Shown: positions 12,017 through 22,212, counted from the stretch's first letter. The stretch: DNA of 64,000 bases from Limnothrix sp. BL-A-16 (GCA_041937175.2 CP166615.1:1-64000), one strand, 5' to 3'. The notes: generated by a model not told the origin, from the letters alone. Translations and numbers: made by a program.

Positions 12017-12664
12017 ATGAGAAGAAGCAATCTTGGTATTCAAAAACGAATCTTACTCATCGATGACGATCCAAATCTGATTTTGCTCGTCAAAGATTAT
12101 TTGGAATTTCACGGATATGTGGTGATTCCGGCTAGTAACGGTCGCGAGGCCCTAGAACAGCTTGAGCAAGATTTGCCGGATATGATCATCTGCGATGTGA
12201 TGATGCCGGAAATGGATGGCTACAGCCTGGTGAAATCCGTGCGCCAAGACCCACGAACGAACTGGATTCCAGTGTTGTTGCTATCGGCAAAGGGCCAAAG
12301 TCAGGATCGTATTAAGGGGCTGACCACGGGGGCTGATATCTACATGACCAAGCCCTTTGAACCGGAAGAATTGGTGGCCCAAGTCGAGTCTTCTTTGAAA
12401 CAGGCTTCCCGGTTAATTCGTTACCAAGCGAAGGGAGATCGATCGCCCAAATTCAAAGTACCCAAAGACGTGGAACTGACCCCCACGGAGTCGCGGGTGG
12501 TGCAGTTGGTGGCGCGGGGCATGGCGAATCGGGAAATTGCAGAATTGATGAGCGTCAGTCAACGGACGATCGAAAGCCACGTTAGCAATATGCTAGGCAA
12601 AACGGGACTCAGCAACCGCACAGAACTGGCACGCTGGGCGATCGAAACTCGAATGGCGTTGTAA
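12017..12664 (+). CDS. rre1: NarL/LuxR-family response regulator, Rre1/OrrA/Ycf29-like
   Basis: LLIDDDPNLILLVKDYLE receiver domain, LSAKGQSQDR, and LuxR HTH (LTPTE...RTIESHVSNML). Confidence 0.8.
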   Translation: MRRSNLGIQKRILLIDDDPNLILLVKDYLEFHGYVVIPASNGREALEQLEQDLPDMIICDVMMPEMDGYSLVKSVRQDPRTNWIPVLLLSAKGQSQDRIKGLTTGADIYMTKPFEPEELVAQVESSLKQASRLIRYQAKGDRSPKFKVPKDVELTPTESRVVQLVARGMANREIAELMSVSQRTIESHVSNMLGKTGLSNRTELARWAIETRMAL

Positions 12665-12883
12665 CCAAAAACTTCAGGAAAAAACTAAGCGAAAAAGTAA
12701 ATCAGCGATAGACAAAATGCTTAAGCAAAAAATAAGTGAACAGCTTAAGCAAACAACTCAAAAGCAAAACCTCAAACAAAACCTCAATAAAAAAATGAGC
12801 GATCGCCTGAATTGGCTAAGATCGCTCATCGAAATTGATATTGATTGAGTGGTGAGTGATGGTCTAGCTACTAGCTCGACAGG

Positions 12884-12999
12884 CTTAATGCATTGGGTCA
12901 AAGTTGCGGAGCCAGTCGTGGTAACAAGGGGCTTGAGCATCTTGCTGCTTAACGATCAGGTGACGGTAACAGCCATGTCATTTAACCCAGCGGATTAAG
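12884..12999. mobile_element. MITE-like element, family B, copy 1
   Basis: Imperfect TIRs CTTAATGCATTGGGTCAAA / TTTAACCCAGCGGATTAAG. Variant palindrome at 12925-12944. Homologous to 29286-29389. Confidence 0.7.
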
Positions 13000-13097
13000 G
13001 CAGCCACGCTACTACAGCAATCTTGATCGGCTGCTTTGGGCGGGCGGTCAATCTGCAATGATCGAAAATCGCCAGCCCGTTGACCACCCGAAAAATC

Positions 13098-13796
13098 CTA
13101 GACCGCAGCCAGCTCGCGAGTGGCGGGGTTTTTGCTGTTGCGAATTCCTTCGATCGCGGTGGCATAATCCGGCGCGTTGAACACCGCCGAACCGGCCACA
13201 ATCGCGTTTGCACCCGCTTCGAGCACTTGCCAGGTGTTATCCACCTTCAGGCCGCCATCCACCTCAATCCAAGGATCCAGACCGCGCTCATCGCACATTT
13301 GACGCAGCTTGCGAATCTTCGGCAACACACCGGGGATGAACTTCTGGCCACCGAAACCGGGGTTGACGCTCATGATCAACACCAGGTCGCACAGTTCCAG
13401 CGTGTATTCAATCAATTCCAGCGGGGTCGAAGGATTCAACACCACACCAGCCTTGGCACCGGCTTCCTTGATTTGGGCGAGGGTGCGGTGCAGGTGGGGC
13501 GAGGCGTTGTGCTCTGCGTGGACGGTGATGTGGTCAGCGCCGGCCTTGGCGAACGCATCCACATATTTTTCCGGCTCGACGATCATCAGGTGGACATCGA
13601 GGGGCTTTTGGGTGTGAGGACGCACGGCTTCAACGATCAGCGGGCCGATCGTGATGTTCGGCACGAAGCGACCATCCATGACATCAACGTGGATCCAATC
13701 AGCACCGGCAGCATCCACGGCCCGAATTTCTTCACCCAGGCGGCTGAAATCGGCAGATAGAATGGAAGGGGCGACGACGATGGGCTTTTGGCTCAT
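13098..13796 (-). CDS. rpe: Ribulose-phosphate 3-epimerase
   Basis: [26 protein letters not shown] and EVDGG motifs. Confidence 0.98.
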   Translation of the reverse strand: MSQKPIVVAPSILSADFSRLGEEIRAVDAAGADWIHVDVMDGRFVPNITIGPLIVEAVRPHTQKPLDVHLMIVEPEKYVDAFAKAGADHITVHAEHNASPHLHRTLAQIKEAGAKAGVVLNPSTPLELIEYTLELCDLVLIMSVNPGFGGQKFIPGVLPKIRKLRQMCDERGLDPWIEVDGGLKVDNTWQVLEAGANAIVAGSAVFNAPDYATAIEGIRNSKNPATRELAAV

Positions 13797-14054
13797 GGTG
13801 GGTGCGTCCTCTGGGGGCGGGCAAGGGTAGAAATTGTATTTGTTTTAACAGAATATGAACAATATTTGTTAAAACTTGCAGGTTTTTCAGGGTTTCTTGA
13901 CGAGCGATCGCGCTACAACCCAAACAGATCCACGATTTATCCACGATCAAGACAGGATCAGGATCTGTTCGCCCAAGATTTGCCCAAGATCTGTTCATCG
14001 CCCCAATTGAGTGAGTAATTCGGTCAGCTTTCAATAGCTATTCAGTGAGGAGTT

Positions 14055-15731
14055 ATGGGTCGATCGCGCCATTTGTTTTCCCTCCGATTCGATCGCCTCG
14101 GCCAAGCCCTGATTCGGACTGGGCGCTTGGTGTTGTTAGGGGCGATCGGCTGCTCGATCGCCACGACCGCCAGCGCCACTCTGCCCGCCGTGCTGTTGCC
14201 GCTGTCCACAGGGCCCGATGGCATCGATTCCGATCGACTGCATCAAGCGCCCTACAACATCACCGGCCGCAAAATTGGCATTGGCCAAGTGGAAATTGGC
14301 CGGCCCGGTCGTTTTGGCTATGACAAGCAGGCGGGGAACGCGGACGATTTTCGGCCCGCTGGCCTGTTGGTGATCGAAGAGCGACCAGGCCCCGATGAAT
14401 ATGTGGATGGCCATGCCCACAGCGTGGCGGGGGTGATGATTGGGCGATCGGGAAAATTGGCTCGGGGCGTGGCTCCTGGGGCCATGCTCTATTCCGCAGC
14501 CACGGGCCCATCCGAAGGCAATGGCCAAATTGGAGAATGTTTAGCCAGCCAGTCCGTGGCCCTGCAAAACCATGGCGATGTGCGGGCCATTAACTTCAGT
14601 TTTGGCGAACCCCTCAGCCAGGATCAGCGACTGAACGCCATGTTGGATGGCAATTCCCTGCTCACCCTTTGCGTGGATTGGTCGGCGCGGGCCCATGAGG
14701 TGCTGTACCTAATTGCGGGCAACCAGGGCGACGGGGGCATTTCCATTCCCACGGACACCTTTAACGGCATCAATGTGGCCTTTACCCGGCGGTTCCGGGG
14801 GCAGTTTTCTAAGTTGGATTTTGCCAACCTGGGGAATGTGGTGACCGGGGTGGGTCGGCATTTGGTGGGCTTTGAAAGCAATGCGGGGTTGCGGCGGTCG
14901 ATCGGGCTGGTGGCTCCGGGGGCCGATGTGGGGCTGTATGAACTGGGCGGCCAGGTGATTTATGCCAGTGGCACGAGCTTCGCCACCCCCCATGTCACGG
15001 CCACGGTGGCCCTGCTTCAGGAATGGGCTGAACGGCAAATTTCTGGAAACCAAGCCCGCTGGAGCAAAGATGCCCGTCGCCACCAGGTCATGAAAGCCGT
15101 GTTGATGAATTCCGCAGACAAGGCCAAAGATGCAGGAGACGGCAACCGGCTGGGGATGACCCGGGATGTGTGGCGCGAAGACGAAAAAACCTGGCTGGAT
15201 TCTGATGCCTTGAGCGATCCGACAATTCCGCTCGATGAACAAATTGGTGCGGGGCAACTGAACGCCTACCGGGCCTATCAACAGTTTGCGCCGGGTCAAT
15301 GGCAGCCGGGCGAGGCTGTGCCCTTGCTGGGCTGGGCGTTCCAGTCCTTAGCCTTGAAGGATGACCAACCCGCCGTTCACGACTACCCGATCGCCCAACC
15401 GCTCCAGGGCGGCAGCTTTGCGGCCCTGACCCTGACTTGGAGCCGCCATGTGGAATTGCTCGATCGCAATAACAATGGCCGGTTCGATCGGGGCGAAGGT
15501 TTTGTGAATAAAGGTCTGAGCGATTTTGATCTGTACCTGATTCCGGAAGGGGAAACCGTGGCCACCACCACTAATCCCTGTCGATCGATCAGTTCTGCGG
15601 ACAGCGTGGAGCATGTGTTCTGCGAAGTGCCCAAAACCGGTCGCTATCGGGTGCGGGTGGCCCTGAAGGAAGCGGCCGTGGGCCAAAGCGATGAGTATGC
15701 CCTCGCTTGGTGGACGAAGGGAGCTAAATAG
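14055..15731 (+). CDS. S8 (subtilisin-like) serine peptidase, secreted
   Basis: HAHSVAGVM, AGN and SGTSFATPHV motifs. Hydrophobic N-terminal signal. Confidence 0.88.
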   Translation: MGRSRHLFSLRFDRLGQALIRTGRLVLLGAIGCSIATTASATLPAVLLPLSTGPDGIDSDRLHQAPYNITGRKIGIGQVEIGRPGRFGYDKQAGNADDFRPAGLLVIEERPGPDEYVDGHAHSVAGVMIGRSGKLARGVAPGAMLYSAATGPSEGNGQIGECLASQSVALQNHGDVRAINFSFGEPLSQDQRLNAMLDGNSLLTLCVDWSARAHEVLYLIAGNQGDGGISIPTDTFNGINVAFTRRFRGQFSKLDFANLGNVVTGVGRHLVGFESNAGLRRSIGLVAPGADVGLYELGGQVIYASGTSFATPHVTATVALLQEWAERQISGNQARWSKDARRHQVMKAVLMNSADKAKDAGDGNRLGMTRDVWREDEKTWLDSDALSDPTIPLDEQIGAGQLNAYRAYQQFAPGQWQPGEAVPLLGWAFQSLALKDDQPAVHDYPIAQPLQGGSFAALTLTWSRHVELLDRNNNGRFDRGEGFVNKGLSDFDLYLIPEGETVATTTNPCRSISSADSVEHVFCEVPKTGRYRVRVALKEAAVGQSDEYALAWWTKGAK

Positions 15732-15846
15732 CGCGATCGCCCCCATCCTCAATTCAGCAGCATCCCGGTCTGATCTGGTCACGCCCGCTGCTGAATTGCT
15801 CAACTACCCAATTCGCTGCTTCAGTTCACGAATTGCTACCCTGCGC

Positions 15847-16809
15847 ATGAACGATCGCCCTTTTTTATCAATCGTTACGGCTACGACGGGTAAATTTAGT
15901 CAGGCTTGGCTGACTCGCCTCCTGACTGTGCAGGGGCCGGTCGAATTTGTGATGGTTTATCCACCAGGGGTACAGCCCCGTGCAACCGATGACCGGCGCG
16001 TGCGCGCCTTAATCAGTCCATTTCGAGGGGAGGTTTTACAGCGGTTCACAGGGCTTTTGAATGCAACCGGAAACTACACCATTGCGCTGGATGATGATGA
16101 TTTTATTCATCCAGATATCTGTGCTTTAGTTCAGCAATTTTCTCAACTATTTCCTGATGACTGGGTACTACGGCTATCGATTCAAAATATTCCACGCCAA
16201 CACCAGTCAGAAATCGAAGCACCTTGGCTTCCTATACCCAATCTAGAGACGATCACCCACACTTCTAACCACCAATCATCTGAACAGCACTCAACAGCTC
16301 ATTCCTTGCGACCAATCCCAATTGCCCCTCTTCAGAATCCAATTAACTGGATGTTAGCCATTTTCCCCTTCGCACAGCGTCGAGATCATTATGGACGACA
16401 TATAGAAAACTTTAACAATAGGGTTTGGAAAACAGACCTTTTAAAAGTCCCACTGAATGATTGGTCTCGTGTTATGAAAATATATGGCAACTTGTATTGG
16501 TTGCCCTCTTGGAGCCTTGATCGAGCGCTAGGGTTATTCGTACAAGCGTTTCATTTTAACCCGAATATCAGGTGGATTGGTTATAGCATTCAAGGCCCAG
16601 AGCAAGTTCGATATATCGTCGGTAATACTAATCCTGAAACTCAAGTTAAAAAGATTAACTATCGCTTTCATTTTTCTGCGGATTTATTACTGGCAAAACG
16701 ATTCCCGAAATATGGATATTTTTGGAATCTATTCTTTAATGGTTTCTACACAGCCATTAAGCAATACATCAAGTTATTGTATGCAAAGTTGCTATCACTC
16801 AGGCGCTAA
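15847..16809 (+). CDS. Glycosyltransferase family 2-like protein
   Basis: PFLSIV N-terminus and GLLNATGNYTIALDDDD (DXD) motif. Start moved to ATG 15847. Confidence 0.75.
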   Translation: MNDRPFLSIVTATTGKFSQAWLTRLLTVQGPVEFVMVYPPGVQPRATDDRRVRALISPFRGEVLQRFTGLLNATGNYTIALDDDDFIHPDICALVQQFSQLFPDDWVLRLSIQNIPRQHQSEIEAPWLPIPNLETITHTSNHQSSEQHSTAHSLRPIPIAPLQNPINWMLAIFPFAQRRDHYGRHIENFNNRVWKTDLLKVPLNDWSRVMKIYGNLYWLPSWSLDRALGLFVQAFHFNPNIRWIGYSIQGPEQVRYIVGNTNPETQVKKINYRFHFSADLLLAKRFPKYGYFWNLFFNGFYTAIKQYIKLLYAKLLSLRR

Positions 16810-17007
16810 AACTTGATCATCAAATCGTTCAATACCAACAACTCAGCACTGGCCATAGACTGCTAGGGTCTGTCGTTGTTTTCTGAGTTCAGCAAACCCA
16901 TACATGGAAACTCCAGACTGATCGATATATTGCTTTTCTGCATCGCCTGACAGATTACTCGCCACAATAACCGTCCATTTTTTGCCCGGCATCCTGAACC
17001 TCGGTCT

Positions 17008-17436
17008 ATGGATAAGCGCAACGCTGACTTGCTGCCACAAGAGCTTGATCGCCCCGAGTTGGGATTGCGCGATCGGGACATTGACCCGATCGGCTCCCGA
17101 CTGCGGCTCTATCTCTACTACGCGCCGATCATCGGTTGGCTTCCGGCCCTGTTGGCGCTGGGGCGATCGCCCTCGTTGGACGATCGGGAATTTGTGGCGG
17201 CCAAGCGATCGGTGCAGTTGGCGATCGGCTGGGCGATCGGGTTGGCGGTGGGCAGCGCGGTGGGCGAAAAATTACCCGATCCGACCCTGACCTTTTTGCT
17301 GTTGCAAAGTGCCTGGACGAGTACCTATTGCCTAATTTCTGTGGGGTTGATGGTGTCGGTGTGGCGGCGACGCTCCTGGGCGATCGGGCCGGGCCGCGGG
17401 CGATCGAGTCAGCGGCCTGATTCTGAGCCAGAGTGA
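17008..17436 (+). CDS. Hypothetical membrane protein
   Basis: Three hydrophobic segments; HIP1-rich, host-like sequence. Confidence 0.65.
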   Translation: MDKRNADLLPQELDRPELGLRDRDIDPIGSRLRLYLYYAPIIGWLPALLALGRSPSLDDREFVAAKRSVQLAIGWAIGLAVGSAVGEKLPDPTLTFLLLQSAWTSTYCLISVGLMVSVWRRRSWAIGPGRGRSSQRPDSEPE

Positions 17437-17705
17437 TTGGGTTGAGGCGCAAAAAACGCTAGCTAAACTTCTGCAAACTGGATGGTTATTCGCATCCTTC
17501 AACCTAATGCAGCCACTTAAAGCTCAGGATGTTAATCAAGATTCACAAAAACCTCATTGTGCGACTCCATAAAATGGGATAGGTATTATTTTGCGCTATC
17601 CTGGTTTCAACCACTCGCAAGAACAAATACTCACTCAAGCAGCAGCCTTTGTTCTTGCTGGTATTCTCTCAATCTTTAAACCGATCGCAATTGGTTGGAA
17701 ATCCC

Positions 17706-20099
17706 ATGGCTCAACTGGACAGCAATCAGATCGCAGCTTGTCAGAACCTCCAGGAATCCGTTGAAGCCATCGTGCATCTGGTTGAGCAAGAGTCCACACT
17801 CCAAAATCAAGATATTGCGTCAGTTCATACCTCTCTGCGCAAGGCGATCGCCCCGACCTTTGAAGTGGCCTTTGTGGGGGCTTTCAGCGCTGGGAAATCA
17901 ATGCTGATTAATGCCCTGCTAGGTCGAGAATTGCTCTATAGCGCTGAAGGCCATGCCACCGGCATTGAATGTTATATCGCCTATGCACCGAGCGATCGCG
18001 AACGGGTTGTATTGACCTTTGCCAGTGCGGCTGAAGTTCACGAAGAAGTGCAGGTCTTGTTGGAGCGGCTGGGGGTTTCTTCAGCGATTGATTTGAGCCG
18101 CGAAGAGACCGTTTCAACGATTCTCACTGCCTGCGAAAAGATGATCGAAAAAGAAGGCGGTGAATCCAAATCTGAACGAGCTAAACAAGCGAAGGCTCTG
18201 AAGTTATTAATTGAAGGCTGGTGGACTAATCGCGATCGCATCCATCCCACCAGCAACACCACCTACTCAATGGAGCAATTTAACTTCACCAACCTCAAGG
18301 ATGCGGCAGCCTATGCCCGGCGCGGCAGTAACAGCGCGGTGCTCAAGCGGGTGGAATATTACTGCTGTCATCCGTTGTTGGAAGACGGCAACGTCCTGGT
18401 TGATTTGCCAGGAATTGATGCACCGATCAAAAAGGATGCCGCCCTCACCTACAGCAAAATTAGTAATGAAGACACATCGGCTGTGGTTGCGGTTTTGAAG
18501 CCAGCCGCAGCGGGTGACATGACGAAAGAGGAAACCGAACTCCTAGAAGCAATGCGTAGCAATTCGGGCATTCGCGATCGGGTCTTTTTCGTCTTCAATC
18601 GCATTGACGAAACTTGGTATAACGTTCAACTGCGTCAGCGCCTGGAATCTCTGATTTCCAGTCAGTTTCGAGATGGCCAGCGGCTCTATAAAACCAGTGG
18701 GCTGCTGGGGTTCTATGGCAGCCAGCTCCGGGAAACCAGTGCGGGCGATCGGTTCGGTCTCGATAGCATTTTTGCTAGCAGCATCAAAAGCTCAGAAATT
18801 GCCGAAGAAACGCCACAGTTCGTCTATGAATTCAATCGCTATTGCTCCAGTTCTGGCAAATTACCGGCCAATCGTTTTCGGATTTCGGTCAACAACTACG
18901 AAAGCCAAAACGAAAATTACGTTCGGATTCTGAGCGAATATGGTTCACCCCTGGTGGATCAACTGATTCATGACAGCGGTATTGAAGTGTTTCGAGAGGG
19001 CATCACGCGCTATTTAACGGAAGAAAAGCGCCCCCAGCTCTTCTCGACTTTGGCGAATGATTTACAGCCCCTTTGCGTGTCCCTGCGTCGGTTGTATAGC
19101 GATCGCTACCGAGAACTCGATAGCCAACCCACAGAACTCGAAGGCATTAAAAGCAATCGGCTCGATCGGCTCAACACCGATTTGAAGCGCCTAGCCGAGA
19201 ACTTTGCGGATCATTTAAAGCGCGAAGTTAACGAGATTGTCACTAATCAATGTGTCAGCTTTGAAGACGATTTCCGCAATTTGCAAGTGCGGATGCAAGG
19301 ACGGATGGGCGAGCTGCTAAATGGATTTTCCGTTAAGCAAGCCTACCAGCGGGCCACGTTGGCTCATCCGCGCAATTCCACCGCTCCTTTGTTGGCAATT
19401 TTAGTTGAAGCATTCTATTACTTAGCCAATGAATTGGAAGAAGTGCTAACTGCGGAAATTGAGCGAGTAATTCGGCGGCTTTTTTCGTTGCTGATGGATC
19501 GAATTCGCCACCAAGATTACTATCGGGAACTATGCCGGTTGGTGGGAGATGATGCGGGATTGGAAGATCGATTGAAGGCGATCGAACAATCCGTACAGTT
19601 GGCGCTTCGCAGCGAGGCGAGCACTGAGTGCGATCGCTATGTGCGCGAAAGTCCCGATTTCTATCAGGAAGGCTCGGTTTCGCTCTATCAGTTTCGGGAA
19701 GTGTTGCGCCAAACTTCTGTGGGCTATGACTTTTTGCCGATGGTGGAAGCAGAACCCGCCATTCGCCAGTTGCTAGAACTTGACTTTGCACCCAAGGTCA
19801 AGCGCACGGTGACGAGCACTTTTCGCCAAGCGGTTAGCCAAACTCTGAAATCGCAACTGTTGCCCATCGCAGTGGAGTACGAAGAGGTGATTTTGCAGCA
19901 ATATACGATCGCCCGTAACCACTTAGAAAAAACGATCGAAAAGGAAGCCCAAGAGCAACTGGAGCAACTGGCTGAGCAAAAAGCTGTTTTGCAGGAGCAA
20001 ATCGCGACTTATAACCAGGCGGTGGAGGCGATCGATGCTTGTTTGCAATCCATGGGGTGCGATCGCTACCAACTCCCGATCGTTGAGTTGGTAGCCTAG
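17706..20099 (+). CDS. Dynamin-like GTPase (cyanobacterial KGK-clade DLP)
   Basis: G1 GAFSAGKS, G2 HATG, G3 DLPG and G4 NRID. Long helical C-terminal region. Confidence 0.92.
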   Translation: MAQLDSNQIAACQNLQESVEAIVHLVEQESTLQNQDIASVHTSLRKAIAPTFEVAFVGAFSAGKSMLINALLGRELLYSAEGHATGIECYIAYAPSDRERVVLTFASAAEVHEEVQVLLERLGVSSAIDLSREETVSTILTACEKMIEKEGGESKSERAKQAKALKLLIEGWWTNRDRIHPTSNTTYSMEQFNFTNLKDAAAYARRGSNSAVLKRVEYYCCHPLLEDGNVLVDLPGIDAPIKKDAALTYSKISNEDTSAVVAVLKPAAAGDMTKEETELLEAMRSNSGIRDRVFFVFNRIDETWYNVQLRQRLESLISSQFRDGQRLYKTSGLLGFYGSQLRETSAGDRFGLDSIFASSIKSSEIAEETPQFVYEFNRYCSSSGKLPANRFRISVNNYESQNENYVRILSEYGSPLVDQLIHDSGIEVFREGITRYLTEEKRPQLFSTLANDLQPLCVSLRRLYSDRYRELDSQPTELEGIKSNRLDRLNTDLKRLAENFADHLKREVNEIVTNQCVSFEDDFRNLQVRMQGRMGELLNGFSVKQAYQRATLAHPRNSTAPLLAILVEAFYYLANELEEVLTAEIERVIRRLFSLLMDRIRHQDYYRELCRLVGDDAGLEDRLKAIEQSVQLALRSEASTECDRYVRESPDFYQEGSVSLYQFREVLRQTSVGYDFLPMVEAEPAIRQLLELDFAPKVKRTVTSTFRQAVSQTLKSQLLPIAVEYEEVILQQYTIARNHLEKTIEKEAQEQLEQLAEQKAVLQEQIATYNQAVEAIDACLQSMGCDRYQLPIVELVA

Positions 20100-20175
20100 C
20101 CCCAATCGTGTTGGCAGCAAGGGGCTTGAGCATCTTGTCTAGTGACAGAAACCAAGATTTTTGAGGCGTTTTTGA

Positions 20176-20502
20176 ATGACTGAGCCAATTGTTTATCGCC
20201 TTGACGCAGAAGATGTCATTCGATCGGATAATGACGATTTGCCGTTTGTGGAAGTGCCGATTTGCTTGGTTAATCACATGATTGCCAGCCTAGGAGAAGC
20301 TCATGATGAAGATCTTGAAAAAGCGGCTTTTGCCCATGGCTTTCCTTGTCGAGTGCTACGCCCAGGCCAAAAGCAGTGGCTTTCTGGCAAGGTGCGTTTC
20401 TTCCTAGAAGTCGAGCTTGACCCAGATCAAGAAACAGAATCAATCAATTCTGAATCTTCTGATTCACCGCTGGACGAGCTACGAAAACTAGCTGGTGAAT
20501 AG
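20176..20502 (+). CDS. KGK-domain-like protein 1
   Basis: GFPCRVLRPGQKQWLSGKVR; tail DSPLDELRKL. Confidence 0.85.
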   Translation: MTEPIVYRLDAEDVIRSDNDDLPFVEVPICLVNHMIASLGEAHDEDLEKAAFAHGFPCRVLRPGQKQWLSGKVRFFLEVELDPDQETESINSESSDSPLDELRKLAGE

Positions 20503-20541
20503 AGTAAAAGTAGAACTGTAATCTTCAAGAGGGTATCGATC

Positions 20542-20865
20542 ATGAATCTTTCCAAAATGCAAGAACTTTTACTCAACGAAGTGGTCACGACGGGGTTTGG
20601 TTGCCACATCAATAATCGTCCCACTAGCCAGATTTCAGAAATTCGACAAACTATCAGTGATCGTTTTGGCGGAGATCTTAAAATTTTGCTCTCAGAAGAA
20701 GGGTTGCTGTGTCAAGTTTTAAGACTAGGCTCGCCAAAATGGAAATCTGGGCGACTGCGCTTGATGCTGCTTTTTGAGCCAGATGAACCTGTAAAGGAAA
20801 ACTCGTCAGAAAAAGATGAGTTGGATGAGTCTCTCAGCGAACTTCAACGTCTAGCCGATAGCTAA
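20542..20865 (+). CDS. KGK-domain-like protein 2
   Basis: EGLLCQVLRLGSPKWKSGRLR...FEPDEP; tail ESLSELQRL. Confidence 0.85.
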   Translation: MNLSKMQELLLNEVVTTGFGCHINNRPTSQISEIRQTISDRFGGDLKILLSEEGLLCQVLRLGSPKWKSGRLRLMLLFEPDEPVKENSSEKDELDESLSELQRLADS

Positions 20866-20901
20866 TTCCACAAGAAGATCTGAAAAACAAAAAATTTGGT
20901 T

Positions 20902-21294
20902 ATGGAAGAAGAATTCTTACCCTTAGATCCTGACGAAGTTATCTCAACAGAGCCTGACTATACGATTGCTGTAAAGCATCAGACTTGCACAACGCGAGAG
21001 TTTCTAAGTGCTATTGCTTCAGCACTGCAACACTATTCAAGTTACGGAGGTAGTCTAATCACCTGGAATGCGAAGCGGCGTTTATGGTTTATGGATGAAG
21101 GAATTGAGGGGCGCGCCTTGCGATTCAGTGAAAAAGGGTGGCAGTCGGGGCGGTTGAGGTTGTCGATCGAGTTTTGTCCCGATGAGCCAGAACCAGAGCT
21201 AGAACCAGAAACGCCAGAATTGCCCTTGTTGGAAGCTAGTATCGAACCGGCTGATTCTCCGTTAGATGAAATTCGGCGCTTGGCCGAGGAATAG
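20902..21294 (+). CDS. KGK-domain-like protein 3
   Basis: EGIEGRALRFSEKGWQSGRLRLSIEFCPDEPE; tail DSPLDEIRRL. Confidence 0.88.
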   Translation: MEEEFLPLDPDEVISTEPDYTIAVKHQTCTTREFLSAIASALQHYSSYGGSLITWNAKRRLWFMDEGIEGRALRFSEKGWQSGRLRLSIEFCPDEPEPELEPETPELPLLEASIEPADSPLDEIRRLAEE

Positions 21295-21325
21295 CAATGG
21301 CCAAAACACCTCGCACTAAAATTGA
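21165..21325 (+). repeat. Direct repeat, copy 1 (copy 2 at 21703-21864): KGK 3' end plus HNH 5' end
   Basis: About 160 bp near-identical at an offset of ~538 bp. Confidence 0.92.
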
Positions 21326-21332
21326 CTCGTAA
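21297..21332 (+). pseudogene. Remnant 5' end of the HNH gene (MAKTPRTKIDS*)
   Basis: Matches the first 10 codons of 21836..22072 (MAKTPRIKID). Confidence 0.85.
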
Positions 21333-21445
21333 TGTGACAGTTACGAATTTGATTAATCTGTAAGTTGAGTTTTGGTGCGAAAGCTAGCGCTAGAAAGATT
21401 TACAAGAATCTAATTCTCTTGGTATTAAATTTGGAGGCATTTAGA

Positions 21446-21832
21446 GTGGAAAATCATCAATTAATGAAGCTAGGTGAGGTGATTTCCATCTCTACTGCTC
21501 AACACATCAATATAACCAATGAAACCTGCACAGTTGAAGAGTTCATGAGAGGACTCTCTAGTGTAGTTGAGAGTTATGTAAAGGGTTATGGCAACTATCG
21601 TTGGACTGAAAGGCGGGGTCAGTGGTTCACTGAAGAAGGTGTTGAAGGACAGGTGTTGAGGTTTGGGCAAAATGAGTGGGAGTCGGGAACTTTGCGACTG
21701 AGGATCGAGTTTTGTCCCGATGAACCAGAACCAGAGCTAGAAGCAGAAACGCCAGAATTGCCCTTATTGGAAGCCAGCATTGAACCGGCTGATTCTCCGT
21801 TAGATGAAATTCGGCGCTTGGCAGAGGAATAG
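21446..21832 (+). CDS. KGK-domain-like protein 4
   Basis: GGAGG RBS plus GTG 21446. EGVEGQVLRFGQNEWESGTLRLRIEFCPDEPE; tail nearly identical to protein 3. Confidence 0.88.
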   Translation: MENHQLMKLGEVISISTAQHINITNETCTVEEFMRGLSSVVESYVKGYGNYRWTERRGQWFTEEGVEGQVLRFGQNEWESGTLRLRIEFCPDEPEPELEAETPELPLLEASIEPADSPLDEIRRLAEE

Positions 21833-21835
21833 CAA

Positions 21836-22072
21836 ATGGCCAAAACTCCCCGCATCAAAATTGATCCAGCCGTTCGACAATATGTGCTCGATCGCGACAA
21901 TCACCAATGTCAAAGTTGTGGCAGCCGCGATCGCCTAGAAATTGACCACATCAAATCCCTTGCGGCTGGCGGATCAAACGACATTAGCAATTTGCAAACC
22001 CTTTGTCGCAGTTGCAATGCTCGCAAGCGCGATCGCCTCGATTCGCGGTTCGATCGCCGGTTTAACCTGTGA
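21836..22072 (+). CDS. Small HNH endonuclease
   Basis: RD...CQSCG...LEIDHI...GGSN...NLQTLCRSCNARK. Confidence 0.93.
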   Translation: MAKTPRIKIDPAVRQYVLDRDNHQCQSCGSRDRLEIDHIKSLAAGGSNDISNLQTLCRSCNARKRDRLDSRFDRRFNL

Positions 22073-22212
22073 ACCCTGCCCTAAACATAATTTTCAGCCT
22101 GAAAAACAATGAGGAGCGAGGTCGATCGGTTTCCCAAAATTAGGAACCTGATGCCCCACTCCTCATCAATCATGGCTGAGTTGCTACTAACGACCCAGCC
22201 ACTCAATAACCA

